Positions 10,390 to 22,756 of a stretch of 64,000 nt of DNA are shown here, one piece after another. Under the pieces are notes generated by a model. That model made no database searches, was not told the origin of the DNA, and saw only the letters and a program-made list of their open reading frames with translations. Position numbers and translations under genes: made by a program. The DNA is from Nibricoccus sp. (lineage in GTDB: Bacteria; Verrucomicrobiota; Verrucomicrobiia; Opitutales; Opitutaceae): NCBI GenBank assembly GCA_047602425.1, contig JASGHG010000001.1, positions 3,680,001 to 3,744,000 of the forward strand. Reading direction: 5' to 3'. The stretch's first letter is position 1. Each line of letters begins with the position of its first letter.

Positions 10390-11943
10390 TTAGAGCGGAA
10401 TGTTGCCGTGCTTCTTGGGTGGACGGGTCTCGCGTTTCGCGAGCGTGTTGCGCAGGGCCATGGCAACGATGCCACGAGTCTGCGAGGGCTCGATGACGTC
10501 GGTGATGAGCGCCTTGCTGGCGGCCTCGTAAGGAGCGGCGAACTTGTCGCGATAGTCGGCGGACAATTCCTTTTCCTTTTTCTTCGGATCCGTTGCGGAC
10601 GAAATCTCGCGCTTGAAGAGAATCTTGACTGCACCTTCGGCGCCCATGACGGCGATTTCCGCGGTCGGCCAGGCGAAGACGAGGTCAGCGCCGAGATCGC
10701 TTGAGCACATGGCGAGGTAGGCACCACCGTAGGCTTTGCGCATGATGACGGTGATCTTCGGCACGGTCGCGGCCGCGTACGCGAAGAGCATTTTGGCGCC
10801 GTGGCGAATGATGCCGCCGCGTTCCTGTTGGATACCGGGCATGAAGCCGGGAACGTCGACCAAGGTGACGATCGGAATATTAAAGACGTTGCAGAAGCGG
10901 ATGAAGCGGGCGCCTTTGTCGGAGGAATCAATATCGAGCGTGCCGGCCTTGACCGTCGGCTGATTGGCGATGATGCCCGTAACAATTCCTTGGATACGGC
11001 AGAAGCCGACGACGATGTTTTTGGCGAAATCGCGCTGCACTTCGAGGAAATCGGCGTTGTCGACGAGGCGGGCGATGACCTTGTGCACGTCGAGCGGAGC
11101 TTTCGGGTCCTCGGGAACGATGTCGTTCATCGCGAGATCCGGTTCCATCGAGACCGAAGGGGTCGGATGGTGCGGAGGATCCATGACGTTGTTCGAGGGG
11201 AGGAACGAGTGCAGCTTCTTCGCGATCTCGAAGGCGTGCTGTTCGTTTTCGGCGACGAAATGGATGTTACCGCTGATGGTCGCGTGGGCGGCGGCGGAAC
11301 CGATTTCGTCCATCGTCACGGTTTGGCCGGTGGCGGCCTTGATGACCTCGGGTCCGCAGATGAACATCTGGGCGTTGGTCTTCGTCATGATGATGAAGTC
11401 GGTGAGGGCGGGCGAGTAAGCCGCGCCACCTGCGCACGGGCCGGCCAGAATCGAAATCTGCGGCACGACACCGGAGAGAAGGACGTTGCGGAAGAAGATA
11501 TTGCCGTAACCGGAGAGCGCGGCGTCGCCTTCCTGAATGCGGGCGCCACCGGAGTCGTTGATGCCAATGAAAGGCATGCCGGACTTCATCGCGTAATCCT
11601 GCAGATTGCAGATTTTCTTCGCGTGCATCGAGCCGAGCGAGCCACCGCCGACCGTGAAGTCCTGCGAGTAAGCCGCCACGGGACGGCCATCAATGTAGCC
11701 GATGCCGGTGATGACACCGTCGGCCGGGAAAACTTTATCGGCGAGGCCGAACTCGTGGCACTGGTGTTGGGCGTGGAGACCAAACTCCATGAAAGTGCCG
11801 GGCTGGAAAAGGGCCTCGAGGCGCTCGCGCGCGTTCATGAGTCCCTTCTTTTTGCGTTCGGCGAGTTTGTCTTTGCCGCCAGCTTCGTAGATGACTTTGC
11901 GCTTTTCTTCGAGCTGCTTCAGGAGGTCAGGCGAGATGGCCAT
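10390..11943 (-). CDS. mmdA: Acyl-CoA carboxyltransferase (methylmalonyl-CoA decarboxylase alpha subunit)
   Basis: DSGGARIQEG, GPCAGGAAY, VDVPGF, RKAYGGAY and KKHGNIPL motifs. Confidence 0.92.
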   Translation of the reverse strand: MAISPDLLKQLEEKRKVIYEAGGKDKLAERKKKGLMNARERLEALFQPGTFMEFGLHAQHQCHEFGLADKVFPADGVITGIGYIDGRPVAAYSQDFTVGGGSLGSMHAKKICNLQDYAMKSGMPFIGINDSGGARIQEGDAALSGYGNIFFRNVLLSGVVPQISILAGPCAGGAAYSPALTDFIIMTKTNAQMFICGPEVIKAATGQTVTMDEIGSAAAHATISGNIHFVAENEQHAFEIAKKLHSFLPSNNVMDPPHHPTPSVSMEPDLAMNDIVPEDPKAPLDVHKVIARLVDNADFLEVQRDFAKNIVVGFCRIQGIVTGIIANQPTVKAGTLDIDSSDKGARFIRFCNVFNIPIVTLVDVPGFMPGIQQERGGIIRHGAKMLFAYAAATVPKITVIMRKAYGGAYLAMCSSDLGADLVFAWPTAEIAVMGAEGAVKILFKREISSATDPKKKEKELSADYRDKFAAPYEAASKALITDVIEPSQTRGIVAMALRNTLAKRETRPPKKHGNIPL

Positions 11944-11983
11944 GATGGATAAATTAGGACGATGGAGGGGTTGAGGAAATAAC

Positions 11984-12391
11984 TCACGCCTTCGGTGCGC
12001 AGAACTCGGTCAGCACGCCGAAAGTAGACTTGGGATGAAGGAAGGCGACCAATTTTCCGGCCGCGCCTTCGAAAGGAACTTCGTGGAGCAATTTCACGCC
12101 GGTGCCGGCAGCCTGCTTGAGCTGACCGTTGATATCCGACGTGGCAAAAGCGATGTGGTGGATGCCGCCGGAAGGATTTTTCTCCAAAAACTTCGCGATT
12201 GGGCTTTCCGGGGAAGTCGGCTCGAGCAATTCGAGATGAACTTCGCCCGCGCTAAAGAAAGCGGTTTTGACTTTTTGCGAAGCGACTTCTTCGCGATGTT
12301 CGCAGCGCAGGCCGAGCGCTTTTTCGTAGTAGGGCAGGGCTTCGTCGATGGATTTGACAGCGATGCCGAGATGGTCGATGCGAGTGATCAT
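11984..12391 (-). CDS. mce: Methylmalonyl-CoA epimerase
   Basis: IDHLGIAV, GIHHIAF and FLHPKSTFGVLTE; start taken at ATG 12391. Confidence 0.92.
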   Translation of the reverse strand: MITRIDHLGIAVKSIDEALPYYEKALGLRCEHREEVASQKVKTAFFSAGEVHLELLEPTSPESPIAKFLEKNPSGGIHHIAFATSDINGQLKQAAGTGVKLLHEVPFEGAAGKLVAFLHPKSTFGVLTEFCAPKA

Positions 12392-12587
12392 TGGAAAGAG
12401 GATAAGATTCTTGCGAAAGCAGACTTCTGACGTGAGGTTCCCATTATTCCGGAAGCGGTCGGACCTTACTGCGCATCGCTTGGCGAAGCGTGGGCATTCT
12501 TTGGCAAAATCTGCGGAGCGAATTAGTAATTCTGTCCTTATAGTTTCACCTCTCGTTTCGAATATTTCAACCACGACTGACTCCATT

Positions 12588-14681
12588 ATGAGCCAAAATC
12601 CGGAAAACAGCCCCGCCCCGTCGCTTGACGCCGCGCGCGCCGCCTATACGCAATGGCGGACCGCCGTCGAGGCCGAACTGCAAGGCGCGCCATTTGATAA
12701 GAAGCTGGTGACACGTACTTTCGAAGGCGTGTCGCTTCAGCCCGTTTACACGCGTGCTGACGTGTCCGGACTGGCCAACCTGGCCTCGCAACCCGGTGAA
12801 GCACCATTCCTTCGCGGGTATTCGAGTAGCGGATACACAGCTGGAGCGTGGGAATTTTGTCAGGAAATCGCGGCCGCAAAATCGCTGGATTTTAACTGCG
12901 CATTATTAAAAGACCTTATGCGCGGACAGGACAGTGTCGCGCTTACGCCTGATCGGGCCACGCGTAACGGACAGGATGCTGACGCCGCTGCGGCTGCGGT
13001 GGGCATCGACGGCGTTTCGATTACCGACCTGAACGATCTTACTGCTGCTTTGCACGGTATCGGTCTGCAAGCGCTGCCGGTTCACATCCGTGCTGGTGCA
13101 AATCCGCTGCCAGTCGCTGCACTCTATCTCGCACACGCCGCCAAAACCAAAGTCTCGGCCGAAAAGCTGACGGGCTCGGTCACCGCCGATCCGCTTGGTG
13201 AACTCGCGGAACAGGGCAAACTCCCAGTCGCTTTGAACAGCGCCTACGATTCACTCGCTGCCTGGACGCAGTGGGCGGCGAAAAACGCTCCCGCTCTGGC
13301 CACGGTCGGTGTGAACGGTGCCCTCTGGCTCGAAGCCGGTGGCAATGCCGTGCAGGAACTCGCCTTCGCCATCGCGGCGGGTGCGGAATATTTCCGCGCA
13401 TTCGCTGCCCGCAAGGTCGATGCTGCGACCGCCGCGCCGCGCATGCGCTTCACCTTCGCAGTTGGCCCGCAGTTCTTCCTCGAAGTTTCAAAGTTCCGCG
13501 CGTTCCGCCTCCTCTGGAGCCGCGTCGCGCAGGGCTTCGGTGTCAAACCCGAGCAAGCCAAGGCCCGCATTCACGCCCGAACCAATCGCTGGAATAAAAC
13601 GCAGCTCGATCCGCATGTGAACATGCTCCGCGTCACCACCGAGGCGTTCTCGGCCGTGCTTGGAGGCATCGAAAGCCTGAGCATCGGCACGTTTGACGAG
13701 GTGCTTGGCGGTGGCGACGAGTTTTCTCGCCGCATCGCGCGCAATCTCCACACGCTCCTTTCCGAGGAGTTTCACACGATTGCCCCGGTTGATCCGGCGG
13801 GCGGTTCGTGGGTCGTGGAAAAAGTCACCGACGAACTCGCCCGTAAAGCCTGGGCTCTCTTCCAGGACATCGAGAAACAAGGCGGCCTCGCCGCTGCGCT
13901 TCGCTCAGGTTACGTTCAAAAGCTCGTGGCGACTTCCGCTGCGGAAAAGGACGACGCGATCAGCAAGCGCCGCTCCGGGCTCGTTGGGACGAACCTCTTC
14001 CCAAATCTAAAAGAAAAGCCGCTCTCCAAGCCCGTCTTTGACCAGGCCGCGTTTGCCTCCGCTCGCGCCACTGAGATCAAGGGCCGCCGCGCCGCTGCGC
14101 CGAAAGTTGCTGCGAACGATGTCGACGCGCTGATCAAGGCCGCCGCTGCCGGGGCCACGATCGGCCAGCTCGCTGCGCTCAGCGCCTCCGCTGCTGAAGC
14201 CGCGATTCCCGCGGTGAAAGCCAAGCGTGCTGCGGAAGGTTTCGAAGCCCTTCGCGCCGCCGCCGATGCGTTTGCCAAGAAAAACGGTTCTCGTCCGAAG
14301 GTCTTCCTCGCGAAGATCGGACCGGTCAAACAGCATAAACCCCGCGCTGACTTCACTGCTGGCTTTTTCGCGGTTGGCGGTTTTGAAGCGGTCGGCAAGG
14401 AGGCGTTCGAGACTGCCGAAGCTGCCGCGCAAGCTGCTGCCGCTTCCGGTGCGTCCGTCGCCGTGCTCTGCTCGACTGACGAAACGTATCCGACGCTCGT
14501 GCCCGCCTTCGCCTCTACGCTGAAGGCCGCCAAGCCCGGCATCACCGTTGTACTCGCGGGCCTGCCCGCCGACAAAGCCGTCACCGAGTCCTTCCAGAAG
14601 GCCGGCATCGACGACTTCATCCACATTCGCGCCAACGTCCGCGAACTCCTCGCCAACCTTCTCAAGAAGATCGGAGCCTGA
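12588..14681 (+). CDS. mutA: Methylmalonyl-CoA mutase small (beta) subunit
   Basis: Mutase-like ([23 protein letters not shown]) but lacks the DxHxxG B12 motif; directly upstream of the large subunit. Confidence 0.88.
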   Translation: MSQNPENSPAPSLDAARAAYTQWRTAVEAELQGAPFDKKLVTRTFEGVSLQPVYTRADVSGLANLASQPGEAPFLRGYSSSGYTAGAWEFCQEIAAAKSLDFNCALLKDLMRGQDSVALTPDRATRNGQDADAAAAAVGIDGVSITDLNDLTAALHGIGLQALPVHIRAGANPLPVAALYLAHAAKTKVSAEKLTGSVTADPLGELAEQGKLPVALNSAYDSLAAWTQWAAKNAPALATVGVNGALWLEAGGNAVQELAFAIAAGAEYFRAFAARKVDAATAAPRMRFTFAVGPQFFLEVSKFRAFRLLWSRVAQGFGVKPEQAKARIHARTNRWNKTQLDPHVNMLRVTTEAFSAVLGGIESLSIGTFDEVLGGGDEFSRRIARNLHTLLSEEFHTIAPVDPAGGSWVVEKVTDELARKAWALFQDIEKQGGLAAALRSGYVQKLVATSAAEKDDAISKRRSGLVGTNLFPNLKEKPLSKPVFDQAAFASARATEIKGRRAAAPKVAANDVDALIKAAAAGATIGQLAALSASAAEAAIPAVKAKRAAEGFEALRAAADAFAKKNGSRPKVFLAKIGPVKQHKPRADFTAGFFAVGGFEAVGKEAFETAEAAAQAAAASGASVAVLCSTDETYPTLVPAFASTLKAAKPGITVVLAGLPADKAVTESFQKAGIDDFIHIRANVRELLANLLKKIGA

Positions 14682-14686
14682 AACCC

Positions 14687-16822
<2,136 letters not shown>

Positions 16823-16846
16823 GTTCTAACAACCGCTAACCACTTC

Positions 16847-16885
16847 AACGTCGGTGACGGCTTCGGCTGTCACCGACGTTTTTTT
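16847..16885 (+). terminator. Strong intrinsic terminator
   Basis: 15-bp stem, TTCG loop, T-run ending at 16885. Confidence 0.9.
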
Positions 16886-17016
16886 GTGACTCGAAAGGAA
16901 GAGTTCGCCCGCTGATGAAATATAGGGGCTCTACATGCCCATTTCTGGAAACATTTGTGATCAACCTTGCCACGTGCGAGCCGTTGATCAGGGTCGAACC
17001 GAAGATCATAACTATT

Positions 17017-17478
17017 ATGCATTCAGAAATTGCGGGTTGGGTGTCGCAGAGTGAAAAAGTAACTGCATTTTTTGGCCATTGGCCTTCGTTCCATGATGCT
17101 GAAGTGGTTGAACTATCTTTATGGCGAGGCCGTATCCGTGAAGAGGAGAATGAATATATTTTTCCTGCTCTTACTTTAAAACTACATCACTGGCTTCTAA
17201 CGAACAAAACCGATGCCCAAGGATCTCTTGTTACTGAAAAACACGCAGTAACAACTTTCCGGTTTGATGGACTTGAGGATTTCCATGCCGATGGATTTAA
17301 TCACCAGAATGCAATTTTCTCTCTCTTGATTGAAAAGAAAAAGAAGACTGATTCCGAAACCTGTTACTACTTTGTTAAGCTTGAGCCTTCATTTGGGATT
17401 GATGCTCAATTCATTTGTAGCGGTATCACGGTGGTTGAATCGCTGGCAACGGATAAGGACGGTAATTTGGTTGAGTAG
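17017..17478 (+). CDS. Imm50-like immunity protein
   Basis: FGHWPSFHDAEV, FNHQNAI and FGIDAQFIC motifs; visibly more AT-rich than its neighbours. Confidence 0.7.
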   Translation: MHSEIAGWVSQSEKVTAFFGHWPSFHDAEVVELSLWRGRIREEENEYIFPALTLKLHHWLLTNKTDAQGSLVTEKHAVTTFRFDGLEDFHADGFNHQNAIFSLLIEKKKKTDSETCYYFVKLEPSFGIDAQFICSGITVVESLATDKDGNLVE

Positions 17479-17548
17479 GTCCTGTTAGGAATGGAACACG
17501 TTTTTCTGTGCGCTTGACCTTGCTCGTGTTTGGCGCGGCTCTTTTCAC

Positions 17549-18685
17549 ATGACAAAGAAGGAGCGCGAACACTGCCATCAGCCTCGGCCTGATTGGGTGC
17601 CGGAACAAGCCGGACCCGAGTTCACCACGCGCGTAATGGAAGGCGTTACACCGGCGGGTGTGGTAAGCACACATGCGCATACACCGCGTCGGCGTCAGCT
17701 TTCGTTGGACGATTACGTTGCTGGTATTCAGAACCGCGATACAGGCATACTGGCGCGCGCGATCACGCTGGTTGAAAGCAACGCCGCGGCGCACCAGGAA
17801 CTCGCGCAACAACTCCTCGCGCGGGTGTTGCCTCAGACGGGCAAAGCGCTGCGCGTGGGCTTGACCGGCATTCCGGGCGCGGGCAAGAGCACATTTGTCG
17901 AGGCGATGGGCACGTGGCTCTGCGACAAAGGTCATCGCGTCGCGGTGCTGGCGGTTGACCCGTCGAGCACGATTACCGGTGGCAGCATTCTCGGCGACAA
18001 GGTGCGCATGGAAAAACTTTCACGCCATGCCAACGCCTTCATTCGTCCTTCGCCGTCGGGTGGTTCGCTCGGCGGTGTGGCGCGCAAGAGTCGCGAGGCG
18101 ATGCTGCTCTGCGAGGCGGCGGGCTATGACGTGCTGTTGATCGAAACCGTTGGCGTGGGACAAAACGAAGTGACCGTGCGCTCGATGGTGGATTGTTTTC
18201 TCATGCTCATGATCGCGGGTGCGGGCGACGAGGTGCAGGGCATCAAGAAAGGCATCATGGAGCTCGCCGACCTCGTCGTTTTCAACAAGGCCGAAGGCGA
18301 CAACCGTCCGCGAGCGATGGCCGCGCAGGCCGAGATGATTCGCGTATTGCATTACCTGCGACCGGCGACCGAGGGCTGGACCACACCGGCATTATTGGCA
18401 TCGGCACTGACGGGCGACGGCATTCCGAAGGTGTGGGAAACGGTCGAAGAATTTTTCAAAACCGCGCGGCTCGGTGGAGCACTCGACGAACGCCGTCGTA
18501 CGCAAGCAATCTCGTGGATGCACTCGCTGATTCGCGAATCGCTGCAAACCGATTTCTACCACAACGCAGCCGTCGTTGCGCAGCGTGCCGAACTCGAAAC
18601 CGCGGTCGCCAACGGCCAAATGCCCGCGCTGGCCGCGGCGAAGCAGTTGCTCAGCGCCGCCCAAGCAAAGCCGCACGCCCGCTAA
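17549..18685 (+). CDS. meaB: Methylmalonyl-CoA mutase-associated GTPase
   Basis: GLTGIPGAGKST, AVDPSS, ILGDK, ETVGVGQ and NKAE motifs. Confidence 0.95.
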   Translation: MTKKEREHCHQPRPDWVPEQAGPEFTTRVMEGVTPAGVVSTHAHTPRRRQLSLDDYVAGIQNRDTGILARAITLVESNAAAHQELAQQLLARVLPQTGKALRVGLTGIPGAGKSTFVEAMGTWLCDKGHRVAVLAVDPSSTITGGSILGDKVRMEKLSRHANAFIRPSPSGGSLGGVARKSREAMLLCEAAGYDVLLIETVGVGQNEVTVRSMVDCFLMLMIAGAGDEVQGIKKGIMELADLVVFNKAEGDNRPRAMAAQAEMIRVLHYLRPATEGWTTPALLASALTGDGIPKVWETVEEFFKTARLGGALDERRRTQAISWMHSLIRESLQTDFYHNAAVVAQRAELETAVANGQMPALAAAKQLLSAAQAKPHAR

Positions 18686-18736
18686 ACCGGTTCCGGCTCA
18701 AAATTGCTCCAAACGTCCGTCCATTTCCGCGAAAAG

Positions 18737-18759
18737 TTTGTCACGTAATACGTGACAAA
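18737..18759. repeat. Dispersed perfect palindrome TTTGTCACGTA-A-TACGTGACAAA
   Basis: 11-bp arms; related copies at 38366, 32274, 32333 and ~43140. Confidence 0.8.
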
Positions 18760-18899
18760 TGGGTTTTGTAGGGGTGGATGGTGGCGGGTATATCGCGGAT
18801 AGGATTGTCAGGCTTCGCGCGCTTGGAACTTTATCCATGGCCGGTTTGGGCCGATACTGGATTGTCGGACGCTGAACGCGGCTGACACAAATTTCCATC

Positions 18900-19340
18900 A
18901 TGCCCAAACCTGCGTCAAAGACCACGCGTGTGATCTTGGTCTGTCTTTGTCTCTTGGGATTGGGTATTGGCTTGTTCTGGTGCGGTCATCGAACGCAGAT
19001 GGCCAAACAAGCTCAGAAAGCGGCTGCCTGGGAAAAGGACGCGGCGCGTCTCGTGATGATCAACGAGGGGACGTGCGAATGGCTTGTCACGATCTGGCCC
19101 GCAGGCGCTGACGACGGCAAACAATGGAAAATGCCCGTCGGACAATCCGCCGAGGCAATGCTAACGGCTGGCACTTATCGGGTGGAGCAGAAGCTTCTGG
19201 CAAACGTGGGCGACGCGCAGATGCGAAAGTTCGCACTGACGCTGGAGGCGGGGCAGGTTTACCGGTGGCGGTTGATTAATTTACTTTCGAGCGACGCGAA
19301 AGAGTGGGCGGTTTCTTTGGACGAGGAGGGCCGGCCATGA
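18900..19340 (+). CDS. Membrane-anchored hypothetical protein
   Basis: N-terminal TM, beta-rich domain; stop overlaps the next start (ATGA). Confidence 0.7.
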   Translation: MPKPASKTTRVILVCLCLLGLGIGLFWCGHRTQMAKQAQKAAAWEKDAARLVMINEGTCEWLVTIWPAGADDGKQWKMPVGQSAEAMLTAGTYRVEQKLLANVGDAQMRKFALTLEAGQVYRWRLINLLSSDAKEWAVSLDEEGRP

Positions 19341-22168
19341 GTGCGGGCGATTCCAAGCGTGCGGTGGCAGAGATTCGTTTTGGCGAAGATCGTGCTGGCG
19401 TGGCCAAGGTTGGCGGTCGGTCGATCCACCAATATTGGAGCATGCTTTCGCCGCATTTTCGCGATGTATTTTTGGCGCCGCAGCGACGTTCCGACGATGG
19501 CGGTGTGTCATGGACCTGGCGCGAGCCGGCGGAAAAACAACCGCTGACTGCGGCCGAATTGGCGGGCGTGCGTAACCGAATGGAACGCGCAAAAGAATCG
19601 TTCGAAGAAAATCCCGTAAGTCCGCTGATGAACGAGGCGCGCGGAGGCGGCGCGAGTTCACAGGAGATCGTCGATCAGCTCATGGTGCGCGTGAAGGCGC
19701 TCGCCGAGGGACTCGTGGGCAAGCCCGATGCGGCTTTGGCGGAGTATGTTTGTCGCACGGAAACCGGGGTGATGGTCCACAGCTGGGGGCTTGATGTGGC
19801 GGCTAAAATTTCCCATCCCGATTCGCAGGAGAGCGCGGTTAGCGGTAAGGTGATGTTCGGCGGAAACGGTTCGGCGGGCAACGACGTTGTGATTGAAAAC
19901 GCGCGAGGTTTGCGGGTGGCGAGAACGACGACGGACGAAAGGGGCGAGTTTAATTTCACCAAACTTGCGCCGGGCCGCTACCGCGTGCGCGTGATTTCGG
20001 GGCCGGGCGAATTTTCAAAGAAAGGGATTCTGGTTACCGTCGAACGAGGCGAAACCTCCCGCATCGAATTGCGCAGCACCTCCGATCCTGTGGCTTCCAC
20101 CGCCGGGGGAACGGAGGAAGCCGCGACCGAAAATGCGGCAGAGACGAATGCGCCGATTGTCGCGACGAAGCGTCGGACTTGGATTTGGGGTGCCGCGCTG
20201 GCGGCGCTGTTTCTCTTTGGCGGTGGTGGATGGATTTGGTTTTCCTATTTTAGATCGGCAAAATCGGACACGCAGACTACCCAGCGTGTTTCGACGCTGA
20301 CGCCGGAAAAGTTTTCCTCCGCAAAATCAGCTCCACCAGCTGAAGCACAGACATACGCGAGGAATCACAGTCCGGGTTCGGGGCTGGGAGCTGTGGTCGA
20401 CGGATCGGGGGACACGAAGCTGCCGACGGTGCGTCGCGAGACCCCCTCAATTGACGTGCCGACCTTGTCATCCAGTGCGGAGTTAGGCATGGGATCGGTT
20501 TCTAAAATAGGTACGCGCGTGGAACTTTCCGGCGTAAGTTCTGCGGATATAAATCCAAAGTCGTCGGGGTCGACGAGTGACTCCCGCGCAATGCCGAGTC
20601 CGACGAGCAGTCCTGACGCTTCATTGGAAAAACGGTCGAATTCAGCCGAACCATCAAGTGGAATGGATACCGATGCTCGCGTCAAAAATTCCACGGCGAC
20701 GAGTGTAGCCACTTCGCGCCCGGAAGCCGAATCACGCCCTCCAGCCGACGGCGCACCCGCCGAAGCATTGTCCGGGCATTTGCCGGTTGGCGCGATGGGT
20801 GCAATGCCGGAATCGCCAGCGGGCAGTGATACAGAAAGGAAGCAGGGCGTAGCGATAAATGCTGGTTTGGCTCCCGAAGATAAAAAGGCAGGCGCAGGCA
20901 AGGGGAGCGGACTTCCCATGGCTGTTCGTGCGGAGAAGAAGACGTCATCGGAAGATGCCGCTGGAGCTTCTTCGAATGGTAGAGCAGCTTCCGTCGGTGC
21001 CGGAGTTCAGCGGATTTCTGGACAGGGCCCGGAGGCGTCTGTTTCGGTGGTCGAAAAGCCTGTCAAAAAATCCCAAACTCCCATCGCAACTGACGTTGGA
21101 AATCCCGCGGGTCGCCCGAGTGATCTTTCCAGCGATCCCTCATCACCCGGAGATTCTGACGAAGTCGATGAAAAGCCGAATAATCGGAAAGAACCAAGGA
21201 CCGCTTCCAAGGCTTCCAAACCGGCTCCAAGTGAAGGGCCAGAAGGTGCCACAACTTCTTCTTCGGTTTCGTCTGCATCGGGGACAGGCACGCCCCGCAT
21301 GAGCGAATCGGCGGAGAGTGAACAACCAGAGACACCTGACACCGCCAATGGGTCTTCCGTGACATCATCGGACGCTGGTGCGCCGGACACTCCTGCCGGT
21401 GATAAAAATTCCAGTTCTACGGCCGGATTGAGCGCGCCTGAAAAGATTGGTGATGCAGCCCGTGGCACAGGCTTGCCTCAGAGCAAGTCGTTACCAGCCG
21501 GCATGCAGATCGTGGGCTCGGTGAAGCTTGGTCGGTGGAGTCTGGGCGTCGGACGCGATGCCATTGTGCCTACGATGCCCTTGCGAGAAGGGGCGACCGA
21601 TCTGGCCGAGGCATTGCGTCGAAAGATGAGTGAAGAACAAAAGGCGCGACTGCCTGCGACATTGAAACATCCAAAATTGTTGAGCGGATTCGCCTTCAAA
21701 TTTGCGAGCGGCGTCAAACCGCGCCCCTTGCGTTGGTCGGCTGGTGGGGAGCCCGGTTTGACTTTCGCAGTGGAAAATAATCGTGCCGAAATGGGATGGC
21801 TCCCATCCGAGCCGCCACGCCAGGCGGTGTTCACGCTGACATCCTCGGACGGTGCAGAGATGGCCCGGGTCGAATTTGACTCCACGGGACGAGCTACGGT
21901 GGCGGTGAAGTCAGAATTGCGGGCAATGTTTTTATTGGGCGTGTGGTATGCCGAGACTGAACGTCCAGTTTCAGGGGGCGCATCTCGTATCGCATGGCAA
22001 GTGGTTAGAGGACCGCTCGCCTCGACAGCTTGGACCTACGACAGTCGCTGGCGGGAAGGCGGTGGCTGCAGGTTGGAAGTTGTGCTCAATGGCGCGAATC
22101 CCGCGAACACGCGTATAGCGCTTGTCGACCAAGCAAGCGGTTGGCAATTGGCGACGGAGCTCGAATAA
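19337..22168 (+). CDS. Large bitopic protein: SrfA-like N-terminus, carboxypeptidase-regulatory-like domain, TM, long S/P/A-rich region
   Basis: TTTDERGEFNFTKLAPGRYRV motif; TM WIWGAALAALFLFGGGGWIWF; ~400-aa low-complexity stretch. Confidence 0.7.
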   Translation: MSAGDSKRAVAEIRFGEDRAGVAKVGGRSIHQYWSMLSPHFRDVFLAPQRRSDDGGVSWTWREPAEKQPLTAAELAGVRNRMERAKESFEENPVSPLMNEARGGGASSQEIVDQLMVRVKALAEGLVGKPDAALAEYVCRTETGVMVHSWGLDVAAKISHPDSQESAVSGKVMFGGNGSAGNDVVIENARGLRVARTTTDERGEFNFTKLAPGRYRVRVISGPGEFSKKGILVTVERGETSRIELRSTSDPVASTAGGTEEAATENAAETNAPIVATKRRTWIWGAALAALFLFGGGGWIWFSYFRSAKSDTQTTQRVSTLTPEKFSSAKSAPPAEAQTYARNHSPGSGLGAVVDGSGDTKLPTVRRETPSIDVPTLSSSAELGMGSVSKIGTRVELSGVSSADINPKSSGSTSDSRAMPSPTSSPDASLEKRSNSAEPSSGMDTDARVKNSTATSVATSRPEAESRPPADGAPAEALSGHLPVGAMGAMPESPAGSDTERKQGVAINAGLAPEDKKAGAGKGSGLPMAVRAEKKTSSEDAAGASSNGRAASVGAGVQRISGQGPEASVSVVEKPVKKSQTPIATDVGNPAGRPSDLSSDPSSPGDSDEVDEKPNNRKEPRTASKASKPAPSEGPEGATTSSSVSSASGTGTPRMSESAESEQPETPDTANGSSVTSSDAGAPDTPAGDKNSSSTAGLSAPEKIGDAARGTGLPQSKSLPAGMQIVGSVKLGRWSLGVGRDAIVPTMPLREGATDLAEALRRKMSEEQKARLPATLKHPKLLSGFAFKFASGVKPRPLRWSAGGEPGLTFAVENNRAEMGWLPSEPPRQAVFTLTSSDGAEMARVEFDSTGRATVAVKSELRAMFLLGVWYAETERPVSGGASRIAWQVVRGPLASTAWTYDSRWREGGGCRLEVVLNGANPANTRIALVDQASGWQLATELE

Positions 22169-22265
22169 GGCGAAGCGAAGTCGAAGAGCGACGGTAGAAC
22201 GTCGGGGAGCTGAGAGACGTCGGAGGTCGAAGACCGCTGGACCTGAAACTTAGCGGAGATCCGCC

Positions 22266-22566
22266 TCAGATTGGGTCGTAAATCTGTACGCGTGCCCAGA
22301 ATGAGCTGAATTCTTGGAGGAAAGCCTTGTGAAGCGGATCAATCTGATAGGCATCGTGAGATGCGATGTCTTTGAAGAGTACGGTGAGCGCAAAGGTATA
22401 ACTGCTGTCGCGAACCGGACGCTCAGGCAGAGTGGCGGGCGTTCCGACGTAAACGGCACTCTGCGGACTTGATGCCGCGCAGGGATTCAAGGCCCTTTTG
22501 CAGGGCAATACGCTGAGCGGAGGTGGTTTCAGGTTTTAGCCAGAAGAAAACGGAGTGTATGAGCAT
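22266..22566 (-). pseudogene. Frameshifted Dabb (stress-responsive A/B barrel) gene
   Basis: MLIHSVFFWLK...GIKSAE in one frame continues as AVYVGTPA...DAYQIDPLH...QIYD in another; shift near 22458. Confidence 0.75.
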
Positions 22567-22682
22567 GAAGCACTTGTCACAGGAGGGGCAGGACGTTGGC
22601 AAGCCGCGAAAACTAGGTTTTAAAAGGTCCTTTAGAATCCTTGACGCGGTCCGATTCAGCCTCAATTTCCCAACCTTCTGTT

Positions 22683-22756
22683 TGCCCGATGGTGTAATGG
22701 CAGCACCGGAGATTTTGGATCTCCTTGTCATGGTTCGAATCCATGTCGGGCAGCCA
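22683..22756 (+). tRNA. trnQ: tRNA-Gln(TTG)
   Basis: Acceptor TGCCCGA/TCGGGCA, anticodon stem GGAGA/TCTCC with TTG, T-arm CATGG-TTCGAAT-CCATG, encoded CCA. Confidence 0.95.

Noticed and set aside
12348..12587. Long N-terminal extensions in the ORF track for mutA, mce, birA, TerC-1, dsbD and apbE
   Set aside because: They overlap neighbouring genes or promoter regions; downstream ATGs fit the family N-termini better.
22170..22262. Purine-rich short repeats (GAAG/GTCG) between convergent genes
   Set aside because: No consistent unit or second copy in the window to define an element.
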